Below, piece by piece: positions 14,372 to 27,209 of a stretch of DNA of 64,000 nucleotides (position 1 is the stretch's first letter; each line of letters begins with the position of its first letter). The notes beneath the pieces were generated by a model that was not told where the DNA came from, ran no database searches, and saw nothing but the letters and a program-made list of their open reading frames with translations. The translations under genes and the position numbers were made by a program. The stretch is from Amphiscolops sp. MND2022 (taxonomy: Eukaryota): contig OZ076409.1 of assembly GCA_964187785.1 (NCBI GenBank), forward strand, positions 25,608,001-25,672,000, given 5' to 3'.

Positions 14372-15580
14372 CCCTAGTCGAACTCCCATACATTTCTTGC
14401 AAGAATCTTGCAGAAGTGGTACATATCAGACACTATCTGCAAGAATCTTTCAAGAATCTTGGATTTCAGACAAACTTGTCAGATTCTTGCAGATCAGACA
14501 TTTCTTGAAGATTCAGACGTTTCTTGCAAGATTCTTGCAGGTCAAGGCATTTCTTGCAAGATTCTTGGACGGATCTTGCAAGACAATGTCTGAAACTTGA
14601 AAGATATTCTGCAAGAAAATGTCTGTAATGTACGGGAAACGTCAAGGCTACTTTTTAAAACCAAGAATATGTTCAAATTGAATCTAAATGTCTCGTATAT
14701 GTAGTCGCGCGGACTTGAATGTGACCAAGAATTATAAACCATGCAAGATTTTTGAACCAAGAACCAAGCCATCGCGGAAAAAGTTATGCGACGCGTGCCG
14801 TCACCTACCCTCAAGTGCGCTGTTAATTACCCTCTTGAGTCGAGTCAACTTGTTGACAACAGCTCGAGAGCCTTTCACACTTCTCTTGGAGTGAGTGATG
14901 ATGAAGAATAAACAAGCCATTTAGAAAGAAAGCCGACGACTATTGGAATTCCATTCAGGAAAGTTTACGCCGACCTAGGACAATGAAACCGACTTGTACG
15001 AACACTTCGAGTCGGACGCTGAGCCGCCTGAGATTGGTACAGTTTGTCGGGGCGAAGACGAAAGCAGCAGACTACCTCCAGAGTGATTCGTCGAAGTTTG
15101 GACATTCGGTCCACTTGACAGCAACAACAAACTTGAATCATATATGTCGAACGAACTCTTAATCTTTGAATACGTAAACATATTTGTGTTTATCTTCATC
15201 TATATTTGTTCTGCTGATGCTGTAAAAATCTTTCATTTGTAAATTTTCAGACTCGTTTTTTTATTTGTTTTCAAGATTCAAGCATTTTCTTCCAAGTTAC
15301 TCTCAAGGTTCAGGCATTTTCTTCCAAGTTACTTCCAAGATCAGGCATTTTCTTCCAAGATACTTCCAAGACCAGACATTTTATTCCAAGTTACTTCCAA
15401 GATCAGATATTTTTTGCAAGATCTTGCAAGAGCAGACATTTTCTAACAAGATCTTGCAAGACCAGTCCTTTTCTTGCTAGATCTTCCAAGATACCTGCAA
15501 AAATAATGAATTGTCTTCCAAGATCTTGGAAGTGAAATCTGACAGATTCTTGCAGAAAATGTATGAAAGTTCGACTGGGG
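14372..15580. mobile_element. Non-autonomous TIR DNA transposon (about 1.2 kb, EnSpm/CACTA-like architecture)
   Basis: Imperfect ~37-bp TIRs: CCCTAGTCGAACTCCCATACATTTCTTGCAAGAATCT versus reverse-complemented right end CCCCAGTCGAACTTTCATACATTTTCTGCAAGAATCT. TA on both sides (14370-71, 15581-82). Dense subterminal TCTTGCAAGA/TCTTCCAAGA repeats at both ends. Confidence 0.8.
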
Positions 15581-18170
15581 TAGACAACATGGTGAAAACA
15601 AGGTATCCATAACTTCCTCGATAATGAGAAATTTACTTCTCAACAATGAAAATTTTGCAAATGTCACGAACTGTGCGAAAACAAGACGCACCGGGACATT
15701 TTTCGCTAATAACTAAAATAGTCAAGTAACTATATAAAATTGACAAGTAGTGGATGAACTATAAGTGTTCATCCACTTATGGTGGGATGAAGGAGAAACT
15801 GGTTAGATGAAGAAACCAGGAGGAGATTTGGTAAAATTTGGAGAAAAACGCAACACATGATTATATGTGGGAAGAAAATAAAAATACGTTACCATATGGG
15901 CATCTCGCGAAGCTCGAAGCCCCAAATATAGGCGCGGCGGCATGTCACCCTTGGCTTCAAGAAGAAACTTTCAATGGTGTGATGACGGAAACTTTGATTG
16001 TAAAAACGTAGCCTACATTCCTGCCTACTTTCTGAGGGAGAATGGTTTCTGTAACTATTTTCAGTTGTAAGAATAGAGCTAAAAAGTGGAAGAAGTTCGT
16101 AAAATTTTCATTTTTTTGCCGAAAAAATTGTGATGTCAAAAATTTAAGACGTCAGTTTCACGCTTGTACAATTTACAAAACTATGGACTCTGTATTTGGT
16201 ATCGGGTCTGAGATATAGGGGATCAGAGATGAGAAACAGTCAAAAATTGTGTTTTGTTTCAAAACTTCTCAAACAAACCAAGAGGTCGAGTTTTTGAAGG
16301 TTTTTCGACGAATATGTAGCCCATATGGGCATCTCGCGAATCTCGAAGCCCCAAAACCCATCAGCTGTTTTAAGTTTCAGTGCAAATCATCGCAAAAGGC
16401 TTTGCTCCGCTTACGCTGCGCTCGCCTAAACATCATTTCAATTTTATTAGATACCGTCTCATTTAGAAAAGATCATCTGAATGAATGCATTAAAAAGTAT
16501 TAAAAACATGATATAGCATGAACAAAACGAGATTATCAGGTACTTTTGGCACCGTAAAGTTGATGAAATTTCAACAATACTGTCTTTTTACAATTTTCAT
16601 ATTCTATTTATTTTTTTTTACTGTTTTGAATCTTGAGCGGGGCGCCGGCTTTGGCTTGTTCTATACAAATTGTTACTACTTTATATATAAGTTCCGGCCC
16701 AAGTTCTAAAGGGAACCCAAGGCAGCTGAAGGGTACTCCTTTTGAATTTTGCCTTGCTTTGACCGTATATTTTAGCCTTTCTAAATACGTCATTTTGTTT
16801 TTCAATAGTTTGGATCCGACAGAAAAAGAGAGTTTTTTCCAGTAAAGGTTTGTGTAACCAGAATGCAGTTAATGTGACCTAATCTAAATCCACTGGTCTT
16901 CAGACAGAAAAAGGGTGAATTTCATATATTTGTAGAAACCATCAAAAAACTTTGCAAGCGAACAAGATTTCCTTCGATGTGGTCTTTCGAAGTCATATCT
17001 CAAATCAGCGACAATCTCTAGTTTTTTTGACCTCAGCTTTCAAAAACACCCACTTGTCCTATGGTTCCGGAAATGTGTCCCAAAAACCTGTTTAGAAAAC
17101 ACATTTTTTTCTAAAATTTTTTGAAGAACTTGGTTTAGGTAATTTTGAATGTCAAACATATCAGTGTGTTTATCCTTTGAACCAGTTTTTAGCCCTGAAA
17201 AATTTTTAAGGCAGGTAACAAAATGACAGGTAATAAAGTTTTATCGGCAAAGCGAGATTTATAGTTCGATTTTTAAAAACATTACCGCGTTAGCGGTGTT
17301 GCGCTACCCCTACAAAATTGTTTAAAATGAAGCTTTAAAAACTTAAAAACCGACCAGTTAACTGACAGTTTCTCTAATTTCAATTTCTCTAAGCATTAGG
17401 CTATCGAAGCGACGAGCTATTTTCAAAACATTTTACCTCACTTTTTTCTAGTTTTAAATATTCTTTATCAGATATCTCAAAGGTAGTACTCTGTACTCTG
17501 TATAACGTATTTATTGGGGGTTACTTAATACTGTCTGTGTCCAAAACAATGGACCCACAGCTGATAATGACGCGACTTTGTTGAAAACGAAACCTATCCA
17601 AATTGTCAAATTCCGAACCAAGTTCAAAAAATTGGTATAAATCAAGAAAAATACACGATCAGCATTCCAGTATGGAAAACTAATTTCAATGTGTGAGGTT
17701 GACAGTATTTATTGTGCTTCAGTTCCATTTTTAAAAATCACTTCTTATTTAAATCCCCCAATTGAGCTGAAAGTTACCGATGAACCTCAGATAACTTAGA
17801 AATAGTTTTTTAAGGTAATTACAATAATTTAAGGAATCACTAAGATACCTTACGTTCAAAATGTTCGGCAGTCCTTTTGCAACATGTCTCTCGTGTCAAA
17901 TTTTGGCTGTAAAGCTGCAGAATAACAGAAAACTTGCATCAAATATTTCAAAATGACCCTAAAACTATTTATGAAGCAATATATAAAAATACAAATTGCG
18001 AAATATATACAAATTTACACAATCGCTCCAGAGCTAGTTGAAGGAAACCAAATTTACAGACAACAACAAGTAGTTTGACAAGTTTCAGACTCGGATGAGA
18101 AGTAATCTTGACACAACCAGATACGATTAGTGGGTGAAGAAGTAAGGTGAGATAAGGACGAGTTTTCAGT

Positions 18171-19945
18171 CTATCGGTTGGCTGCGAATTTGAGCCTCTT
18201 TTGCTTCTGGCGCTGGTTACAAAACCACACTCGAACCACGTTTTTCTTCAGGTCCAGTTTCTCGGCGATTGCTGAAATCTTCTCGCCACTCGGTCGAGGC
18301 TGAACTGTGAAGTAGGCTTCCAGTGATCGTTTCTCAGGAGCTGCAATTGACGTTCTTTTTCGCTTTTTATCGACAACTGACAGGCAACTTGCTTCCTTCT
18401 CGGACAGTCGCCCTTTAGCGGCCGCTTCTGCTTCTTCCAACCAGGCCTGTAAGACGGGTTTTAAGGCCACCATGTTGTTATGGCTCAGAGTCAAGGATTC
18501 AAACCGGCAAATTGTGCTCTGGCTAAGACTTCCCACTCCTGGGATTTTCAGGTGGGATAAAGATTTTCCCACATCTGCTTGTGTCACACCCAATTTTATC
18601 CTTCGCTGTTTGAACTTTTCAGCAAAAGCCTCCAACTCGCGAGGATCGGCTTCAATCTCGTTGGGCTGGTGGTGCGAAATTGGCGGGAAATTTGGGGGAC
18701 CTGTTAGGCCCGCAGCTGCCGCAGCCATATTGCTGTGACCGAAGTTAGGGGGAAACCCAATGTGTGTCGCATGGTGAAAGGTCGCTGCCTGGTGGTCAAC
18801 AGCCGCGTTTGACATGGAGGTCGAGAACTGGACCGAAGGGGTGATTTGATCCAGAATATCCAGTTGGGTACATCTGGCAGCGTTATTCTGCATGTCTGCC
18901 ATCATGGTGGAAAAGTACTCGTGCGGCTTGTATTCCATCGGCTTGTGACTCATATGGTTTGCTGCCATGTGATTGGCTGCGAGAGTTTCAGCTCGGAAAA
19001 ACGAGTCGTCGAAAGGGTTGCCGAAGAAGTTGCTCTGAAAAAAAAACAAAAATGAATAAAGACAATTTTAAAATAAGCAAAAATGATATGGACGAATTCC
19101 ATTATAACAAGAAAAGCAATTTGAACCTTGAGACAGCTATAAAAACATACTTCAATTTACAAATTAGTGGAAGAATTTAAGCTGTTCCAAGTAATTTCCG
19201 CCAATTCAACTAAAAATGAAAACAATTTTGGAGAAAAATAGCGTCACATTTTTCTTTTCTTCTCTAATTGTGAAAACATAGGAAGCACGCAGCGTTCACC
19301 CATTCTTACTGTAATTAGATTCAATTTCCACAAAAAGGAGTCCTTGATTTTTTTAAAAGAAAGAAATCACACAATCTTCAACTTTTAAGATATCACGATT
19401 GTCATTTTTCTTCAAAAAAATCTAATTTTTCCGAATTTTCAATATTCAATGAATTGAATCGAAAGTCCAAATCGATTGAAAGGGTACTTTTCTTTTGTTT
19501 AAATACTTGTTTACAAAAAAAGTAATTTTCGAAAGAATTAACAAAATTGACCGTCCATATATTTCAGATCTTGAATACTTTTTTTTTCACGAAATGAAGA
19601 AGTTTCATTCCACAGACTAAATTAAACAAAAAGTCAAAAATAAATTTTAGTTCATCTTTTGAGAATAGTTAAAATAACAAAAAATAGACTTACGGTGGGT
19701 GGAGGCGGGAACGCCCTTTGTCGGTTTTGAAAGGGTGAGGGTGAATATTTGAAGGCAGAGGAGTGTCCCTGAGAAATGGAGGAGCCGGAGGAGACACTGG
19801 GGTGAAGATTGCCCCCATTTGACCCGGGGTGGGGTCCATGAAGCCCCGCGGCTGCCACCAGGGGGTCCGAACTGACTGAAGGCTGCATCTCTGTTTTGCA
19901 ATCTGTTTGAGAGCTGAACGGGTTTTTATTGGGAGCCAGAAACAT
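18171..19945 (-). CDS. pou4: POU class IV homeodomain transcription factor; exons 19945-19694 and 19034-18171, 371 aa
   Basis: POU-specific domain DPRELEAFAEKFKQRRIKLGVTQADVG...IPGVGSLSQSTICRFESLTLSHNNM. Homeodomain KKRKRTSIAAPEKRSLEAYF...VRVWFCNQRQKQKR. POU-IV-box-like QRAFPPPPT|SNFFG...RAETLAA is split by a phase-0 GTAAGT...TTTCAG intron (19693-19035). Confidence 0.97.
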
Positions 19946-20116
19946 CCAAAAAGTTCACTAGTTTGTTTGCTGACTAGCTTTCTTCGAATCGATTCAGTTC
20001 AGGCTAATTCTTTTTCCTAATTCTATTATTAGGATTCAAGCAGTGCTGCTTTAGGGTTGTTTTGATTCGGTTATTTTTTTAGTCAGCCGGTTGCTTTTTA
20101 TTTGTTATATCACGAA

Positions 20117-20300
20117 ATAATTAATCGCATACAATCAATTATTTGTAGATTGAAAATTCCAATTTCTATCGTTGTTGCTCAAGTTTCAAATTAAATTTTT
20201 ATCGGACTGATAGCAAGGACGAGTTTTAAAATAATAATGTATGAATAATTTTTTGATGAAGCACGCTGCGAGCAAGCTGGATAAGCTCCAATATGATTGG
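20117..20300 (-). promoter_or_regulatory. Candidate pou4 proximal promoter elements
   Basis: ATAATTAAT (20117-20125) and ATGAATAATT (20241-20250) resemble POU4 binding consensus. Inverted CCAAT pair CCAAT-ATG-ATTGG (20288-20300). Located 170-355 bp upstream of the ATG. Confidence 0.35.
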
Positions 20301-21378
20301 CTAATCGGCGTGCCTATGGGAAGTGTTTTATTCCCTGTCAAAATAGAGCTGCTGCTTCAAGCTTCTTTAAATTTTTCCAGATAATCTACGGGATAAAATT
20401 TGTAAGCATTTGTTTTTATTGGCATAATTGTCAATTTTTATGGATGATTGAACTTGTTTGAACAAGTTCACTTTTCAAAACTTAGAAAAAAGTTCACCTA
20501 CAGAAGCATCCGTAATTATACCCTATTTTTTCCTAGTTTTTTGAATATTGAACAAAATTTACTCTAATTTGCGATGCATTTAAAAGTCTATATCGCGTCT
20601 CTTTGAAGTCAAAAATTGTCTAAAATTATACTTGAAAATGGTCAGAAAAACCGGAAATGAGAAAAAAATTAATACAGCTACTTTTCCCTATCATGCATCA
20701 TAATGTTCGAACAAAGCAATGAATCATCAGAAAAGCATCGGAGTATTATGAAGGTTCCCTAATTCGTCTAAATCATTCAAGAAGGATAAGAAGTTTAATG
20801 TGAGCAATAGAGACAGCAAACCTTTTGTTGAACAGAAACAAAATTTTGTGGCCACATTCAGAGCTGTTATGCATGGTATTCTAGTTAAAAAGTGATTGTG
20901 AAATATACTAAAATGAACAATTTGAAATAGCAATTTTAAAAAGTTTTATATCTTTTATCATTTAATTGAGTTACATTAGAAATGCCGCGTTTTAGAACTT
21001 TTCCTTTTTCCCACCACAGGCGTAAAATTATGCAAAAACGATGAAAGGTTGTCATCAGTAAATTGTATGAGTTTATGTGGCGTCATCCAAGTAGTCTAAA
21101 TTAGGGTGTAAAAAAAGAATGAAACTTTTATAACGTCAAGGGAAAGGAAAAAAGCCTGCGTTTCTTCTATTTTAAACTATTCCGGTAACGGAATTTTTTT
21201 TCGTTATTTTATAAAAAACATGAGCTCTGAAGACAAGTGAATATCATCTAATGATTGCCAATGAAACTGCTAACGAAAATCGAAAAAATTATTTTCACTT
21301 GGAAAAAGTTAGGAGGGCATCCATGTTCATTAGAAGTATTTAAGCACATAGGGCAAATTGAAAGTCATGACTTGTGAT

Positions 21379-21860
21379 AAACAAGACGAGAACGTCTAAA
21401 GTCGGCGCTCAAAAAGCTCATCTGAGGCTCAAAAAGCGCAAAACATTTTTTTGGAAAAAACTTGAAATTTTTGAATTATTTTCTTTCGAAAAATGTCGCA
21501 TAGTGCTGAAATATGTAAACATACATTCTGTTGCAAAATGACAAAAAAACTCAAAGAGGGACCCTTTGGGGACATTAAAAACATTTCGAAAAAAGTAGCA
21601 CAGTGCCGAAAAAAAATCGAAAGGGGGGACTCTTTAGTCCCGTCCGGTTTTGTAGGTTACCTTGAAAAAGTTTAAAAAATGAAAGGGGGACCCTTTGCAC
21701 TAAGTGCACTAAGTTTGCCTTGGCCGGACTTGGCCTTAGGTGGTTTCAGCGATGTTCCTAAAAAGTGGACCGATCAGTGTGAGTGATGTGGTCTGAAGAA
21801 AAAAAAGGTCACTGCTATAGTCGGGCATTTTTCCTTAAAAGGAAAACGCGCCGACTAAAA
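21379..21860 (+). mobile_element. Interspersed repeat, DINE-1/HINE (Helentron-associated)-like
   Basis: Starts AAACAAGACGAGAACGTCTAAAGTCGGCGC and ends CTATAGTCGGGCA...GCGCCGACTAAAA (subterminal inverted repeat AGTCGGCGC/GCGCCGACT). Related copies at ~51990-52742 and ~61304. Confidence 0.5.
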
Positions 21861-24358
21861 ACACTTCGATATTGAATTTGAGTTTAGCGAGCATTTATTT
21901 TCCACCCATGTAAAAAATATTTCTTTCAGCCGGCTCTTTCTATTAAAATTTGCCATAGTTCTTTGAAGGCGTCTAACTTGATGATAATTGATTCCGTATC
22001 ATACTTATGATACAACAGGTACCTGTGGAAGTTCATGACCTAAAAACTGATAACCACGAATAATTCTTCGAAGAAAAGCTTAGAAAGGACCATTTAACTA
22101 CGTATCGCAATGAATTTTATCTATGAATTTTAGTTTCGATTGCCCAGTCTTTCAAATCGGTTTGTATCATGCGATTTATAAATATTTATTTTCTTTTCAA
22201 AAGAATTCTTAGTTTCATTAGGGCTTCTTTGCAATATATTATATGAGAAAAATAAATTACTGAACTCTCAAATACTTAACCATTCAGTGGCCTAAGTCTC
22301 GCCACTTGTCGTGGGGTCGAATTCCCCTCAGAATCAAATTTTGTTGTTTCCGATGTGATTTCTACTAAAAGCCTTTCCTGATATAACGTATGAAGCCAAA
22401 AAACCCGCTAAATCTGTTTGTTTGATGTCATATCTGGGAAGAAGGTCTCACCAGTGTCGAAATGTTTACATTTTCAAATTGAACTATGCTATACGAATAC
22501 CACTTTCTGATTAACGGTAAAAAAATACCTTCTGTACAAAATTTTGACGTATTATGCTGACTCTTGCCTAAGAAAAATGTGGGATTGGAATCCAACAAAT
22601 GTCGAGACTTTTTATCATTTCTCACTAATCTTCACCAATGCTGTTCCATTTTAAAACGTTTTATAGTGATCAAAAAAGTGCTTCCTAGGTTAAAATCCAA
22701 TAAGTCAACTGAATGTCACCTATGGTTCCACCGGTAGAAAATCAGTATCAAGCCAGCATCCAATCATTGTCCAATTTTGGTCTTGTACCACCAAAATACT
22801 GTGATTTTGGATCTTATTCTATCAAAAGAACGATTTTAAGCCTTAATTCACCAAACGACAGTTTGGATCTTAACCCAAAATCCATAACATCCTACCTATC
22901 AAGTGACTCCAGGAAACGCGATGCCAAAAAGCGTCCTTATTGCTACCCGGGTCAATGAAGTCACCATCTGAAACATCTAATAGATGTTCGGAACCAAAGA
23001 AAACGTGTATTTTGAATGAAAAACAATGAGGAGCAAAATTTACTCTACCAAGCATGTCCGAGCACGTGATTTCAACACTCAAAAAAAAACTTTTTAGAAG
23101 TTTTGAATAAGTTTCCACCGGTGTTCTCCGGTGGATCATCCGTGGTAGCCCGTGGAAACGAAACTGGCAGCCCGAAAGAGTCTCTACTGGTAGTTTGCGG
23201 TGGGGTGGCGTGCGAGAACGGGTTTGCTCAAATTATTGTTGTAAAATCCGAATTGTGATGCATTATGCGAGGATGAAGATTGGCGAGGTTGGGGTATTCG
23301 AACCTTCAAGGTTCAGAACTCTTTAATTGTTCAACTCGAACTTTACCGAAAACTTCCTGCATAAACGAACACCAAATTTAAAACCATTTTCTTTTCAAAC
23401 CATAAGGAGATTTTGTAAATTACGACTTCGAAACGATCCATCGACATCTGTTCAAAACGTCCAATAGGTTTTTCGAAAAACAATCATAGAAATATGCATC
23501 AATTTCACCTCAAAGGTCGAAAACCCAAATCTTTCCTGTTTGTCGTTTTTCATGAAATTTCTGTACAATTTTTGAAAGAGTTTGTGGCTAAGAAGGTTCA
23601 AACACTCTGAAACGAACAAAGTAGCTGTGAAGTATGCTTTTTGAAGATCGAGTTGCAGTGTTTTGCATCAAACACACTTCAAAACCACCCCGATAAGTCG
23701 GAAAGGCAAAAACCAAATTCAACGTTTTTTATGCAATGTTTCTGAATTGTTTGAGCATTCTGCCTCATTGGAGAAATGAAAACGTTCAACAGTGATCAAA
23801 TGCATTATCCAGTAGGCTTTTTACAGGTCAATTGCAGAAATGTGCCTCAAAATGAAAAAAGATAGTGGAAAAACTGTCAAAATTTTCTAATTTAGAGTTT
23901 TAAGAAACTCTAAACCTCTTCTTCAGGCATGCAGAATGTTTAATAAAGAAATTTCCCTTTTTTAATTTAAAAAATTGTCAGGACGATTTAAACTATTCAA
24001 AAAGTCTGAAATTTTTTGTTTTTGAATTTTTTAAATGCTTTGTGTAAACCTTACGTGCTATTTCTTAAATCAACAACGACTGAACCCAGTAACCTATAGG
24101 CGTATTTGAAAGACGTCTGCAGTTTTTTAGAAACGTGCCTCAAATGACCGCAAAGTTGTCGAAAAATCCAAACTTTCCAAATTTTGACGTTCTCGGTGAC
24201 TTTTCGTGCAAAGTTATAAAGGTTTTTTGGTTAGGTTTTGATATCCACACAGACAAAACAAAACAACTAGGTGTTTAGTTTGTGCTTGAAGCGTTTCCTT
24301 CTGAAATTGGATGGCATTAATCAAAATGTGTCAAACCTATTTTTTTCATCGAACTAAT

Positions 24359-24500
24359 TGTTATAGTTTAAGTAGTAATACGTAATTCTACTGAAAGTTC
24401 TGATACTGCTACTGTTTCAGGAATAAAGGGAAGCGAGACAAGAATCTATTTCTATGAAGACCATGTGGCAAAGTGGATGGGCCATCACTACGATGGTCTA
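24359..24500 (-). repeat. Gypsy 3' LTR, distal half
   Basis: Identical to 48404-48545; ends at the TA where the DNA transposon starts. Confidence 0.96.
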
Positions 24501-26007
24501 CATTACAGTGGGGTAACCGGCAACGAAAATGCAGATTTTACTCGTTGTGCGGCTCGGAAAATGATGGACATGAATGAATGTATGGGCCAAAAATGCCCAT
24601 TCGTTTCGCAGCCAAAACTGTTGCCTATTGATTTCCGAGGAAGCACAAGCTACGTATTGAGTTTCTTTGCAGGAGCGATGGCTTTAATTGCCCATGCATA
24701 CTCGTTGATGAGAGTAAATTGGGCAAGTAATTCCATCGCTTGCTCAAAGAATTTCAAGATTTAGATAGATCTGCCACTCGCTTCGGCCAATTCAATACAC
24801 TGCTTTGACATGGAAGTGTCTCAATATTTATCTACACATGCAGATTTTCAGTGTTCAGTTTTTGGTTTATCAAATTAATTCAGTTAAAATTAATTTAGTT
24901 ATCAAATTAAATTCTTAATTTTTTTTGACTAAGAAATATCAGCTCAACTATTATTTTCCCAGTATTTTAGGCGGGACAAATAAAATTGGCAATGACGAAA
25001 ATCTTCGTTCCGAAGCCGATATCTGCAGGAATATAACCCTAATAATTTTTTCGTTCCGGCCAATCACTGCAAGATTATTATCGTGATAAATTTTAGTTTA
25101 CTTTATTTTAATACTGTTTAATACTTAACTATTCTTTTCTTTTGTATATAATGGCAATTATGGTCGGGCAATTATGATAATTACAAATATTTTGATGTAT
25201 TATGATGTGTAGGTATATTATGATGTGTTAGTATGTAATTTTGATGTATTTCATTTTTTTGGAACTTATTAAATCAGTATTCTGTGAATCGTTTTTGTTT
25301 TGGGGCAAAAGAACAGTATAGTTGATATATAATACGAGTTTAAGTTTTTTCAATCATAACAAAAAATTGTTTGATAGTTGTACACTTACTACAGAAACAA
25401 CTTTATTCAACTATTCACCTTGATTGATATATATGGTTGTTTGATATTTATTAATTTAATTGGTATCCTGTGAATCGTCATTGATTTATTTATTGACAAT
25501 TAATCTAATCATCAAAAATCAGGATTCTTTGTTTTGGGCAAAAGAACAGTATAGTTGATATATAAAATGAGTTTAGGTTTTTTCAATCATAACAAAACAA
25601 TTGATTTTTTCATATTTATTAATTGAGTTGGTATCCTGTGAAACGTCATTGATTTATTTATTGAGAATTGATCAAATGATTGTTCTGATATTCACCATTT
25701 TTTCAAAGTGTGAACGTTCTTATCAGTTGTTAAAGTCAACGCTCCAAGAAGTGGAATGTTACTAAATGTTCAAAGTAATTTCACTTCCATTTTAGTGATT
25801 TAAGTGCACAAGTAAATCAGTAAGATTGTTGTAATACGGGAGCAAAAGTTTATTTGTTTTTCTGTTGATCAAACTACATGTAATCTTGATGAACGAAACC
25901 GAATACTCGCTTCTGATTGGACGAAATTCTTTCGTCGCATATTCCGATGAGGTCATATTGATACTGTGCGTGTAAAAGTTAGTCATTTGTTTTCAATTGT
26001 CATTGCC

Positions 26008-27098
26008 ATGTTAAAAACGTTACTTTTACGGATCCGGAAGCTGGACATTGAACTAGACGACTTACCGGACCATTTGAAACAGGTTAGAGTTAATCAGTTG
26101 ATTTATTAACTTTCAGGGTTGGCTTTTTAATACTTTGGTTTTAATAATTGCTTTCAAAATTTTTTCTTGATAAACGTTGGTGATTTCCTAAATAACATAA
26201 GAACAAACAACAAAAAAAAATTAGTTTCAAAACACAAAATTGAAATGAGTTTCACTAAACATACAAACGAATGCAAATAACATAAAAACAAAATTAGTGT
26301 CAAAGAACATAAAAATAAAACCGAATACCCGGTAAAACGATCGAACTCAGAAAATTTTATCTGTAATTTCCACACTTTTTTCAGTGAATCTTTTGAATTG
26401 TGTATGCTTTTGACCACTGATATTTTCTCATTAACAATTTTATTTTTATGTTTAGTGAAACCCATTTCATTTTAATGTTATTTGAAACTAATTTTGTTTT
26501 TATGTTATTTGCTCTTATGTTATTTGGGAATTCACCGATATTTCTTAGTCAAAAAAAATTAAATATAATGCTTATATAGAAATACACTGTTATTCTAATC
26601 TCAAAAGTTTTGCTCATTTGGTTGCCAGAAATTCGGTTACGGATATCAAAACGTGCCCATGGATTCCCGAGTTTTGGAAGGCCTTGTCGGTTACCCCACT
26701 TTAATGTAAATTTGGCAAATTTGTTGTTTTTTTTCAGCCCAAATTTAGGCCAAGCCTTCATCATGATAGAGAAGCCAGTACCGAAGCAGTTCTTCAAGAA
26801 CACCGCGGCGTTTCGACTGACAGAGATGAGCCAACCGTCTGTCAGAGTTAGTTTTTAACATGAACTTTTTGAAATCTTACATGTGTCTATGTTTTGACTA
26901 ATGCCCGCAGTTCATCAACCACTATTTGAACACATGAATAATAGGAAAACTAAATCCGAATGTTTCACGTTTGACTACGTTGCTGCAGGAAACGAGGAAG
27001 TTGAGACCGATGATGAACAAGTCACTCTCCAGGAGCACATTTTGACTGATAGGGATCAAATCAGCCTCCTCAACGATCCGACCGTCTGCCCCAGTTAG
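26008..27098 (+). CDS. Possible small three-exon gene (26008-26082, 26738-26846, 26989-27098), about 97 aa, unknown function
   Basis: GCCATG start; GT-AG introns with compatible phases (0, 1); exons 2 and 3 encode related peptides (VLQEH..TDRDEPTVCQ / TLQEH..TDRD..DPTVCP). No recognisable domain. Confidence 0.35.
26179..26536. repeat. Foldback/MITE-like element with ~90-bp imperfect inverted arms
   Basis: GGTGATTTCCTAAATAACATAAGA...TTAGTTTCAAA...TTTCACTAAACATA pairs with TATGTTTAGTGAAA...TTTGAAACTAA...TCTTATGTTATTTGGGAATTCACC. Confidence 0.65.
26684..26706. repeat. Internal copy of the large transposon's right TIR
   Basis: TTGTCGGTTACCCCACTTTAATG matches 43426-43448 at 21/23 nt, is preceded by the same CCGAGTTTTGGAAGGCC and is followed by TA. 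Confidence 0.9.
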
Positions 27099-27209
27099 TT
27101 CTTTTATATGATTCCTTGAGAGTGTTAATCGATATCTGCTTTTTGGAATATCCATTGGCATATTTTGAATTCAAAATTGACAAAGAAAACAAAACCCGAA
27201 GATAATATA

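Noticed and set aside
18171..19049. pou4 as a single-exon 292-aa ORF starting MFFFQ
   Set aside because: That start is a non-ATG codon in the intron's polypyrimidine tract; an upstream exon (19945-19694) completes the POU-IV box.
22270..22335. tRNA/SINE-like sequence (GGTCGAATTCCCC; also GGTTCGAATACCCC on the minus strand near 23291-23304)
   Set aside because: Only B-box-like motifs; I could not build a cloverleaf.
24465..24764. 99-aa ORF
   Set aside because: It crosses the LTR/transposon junction, so it is a chance chimera.
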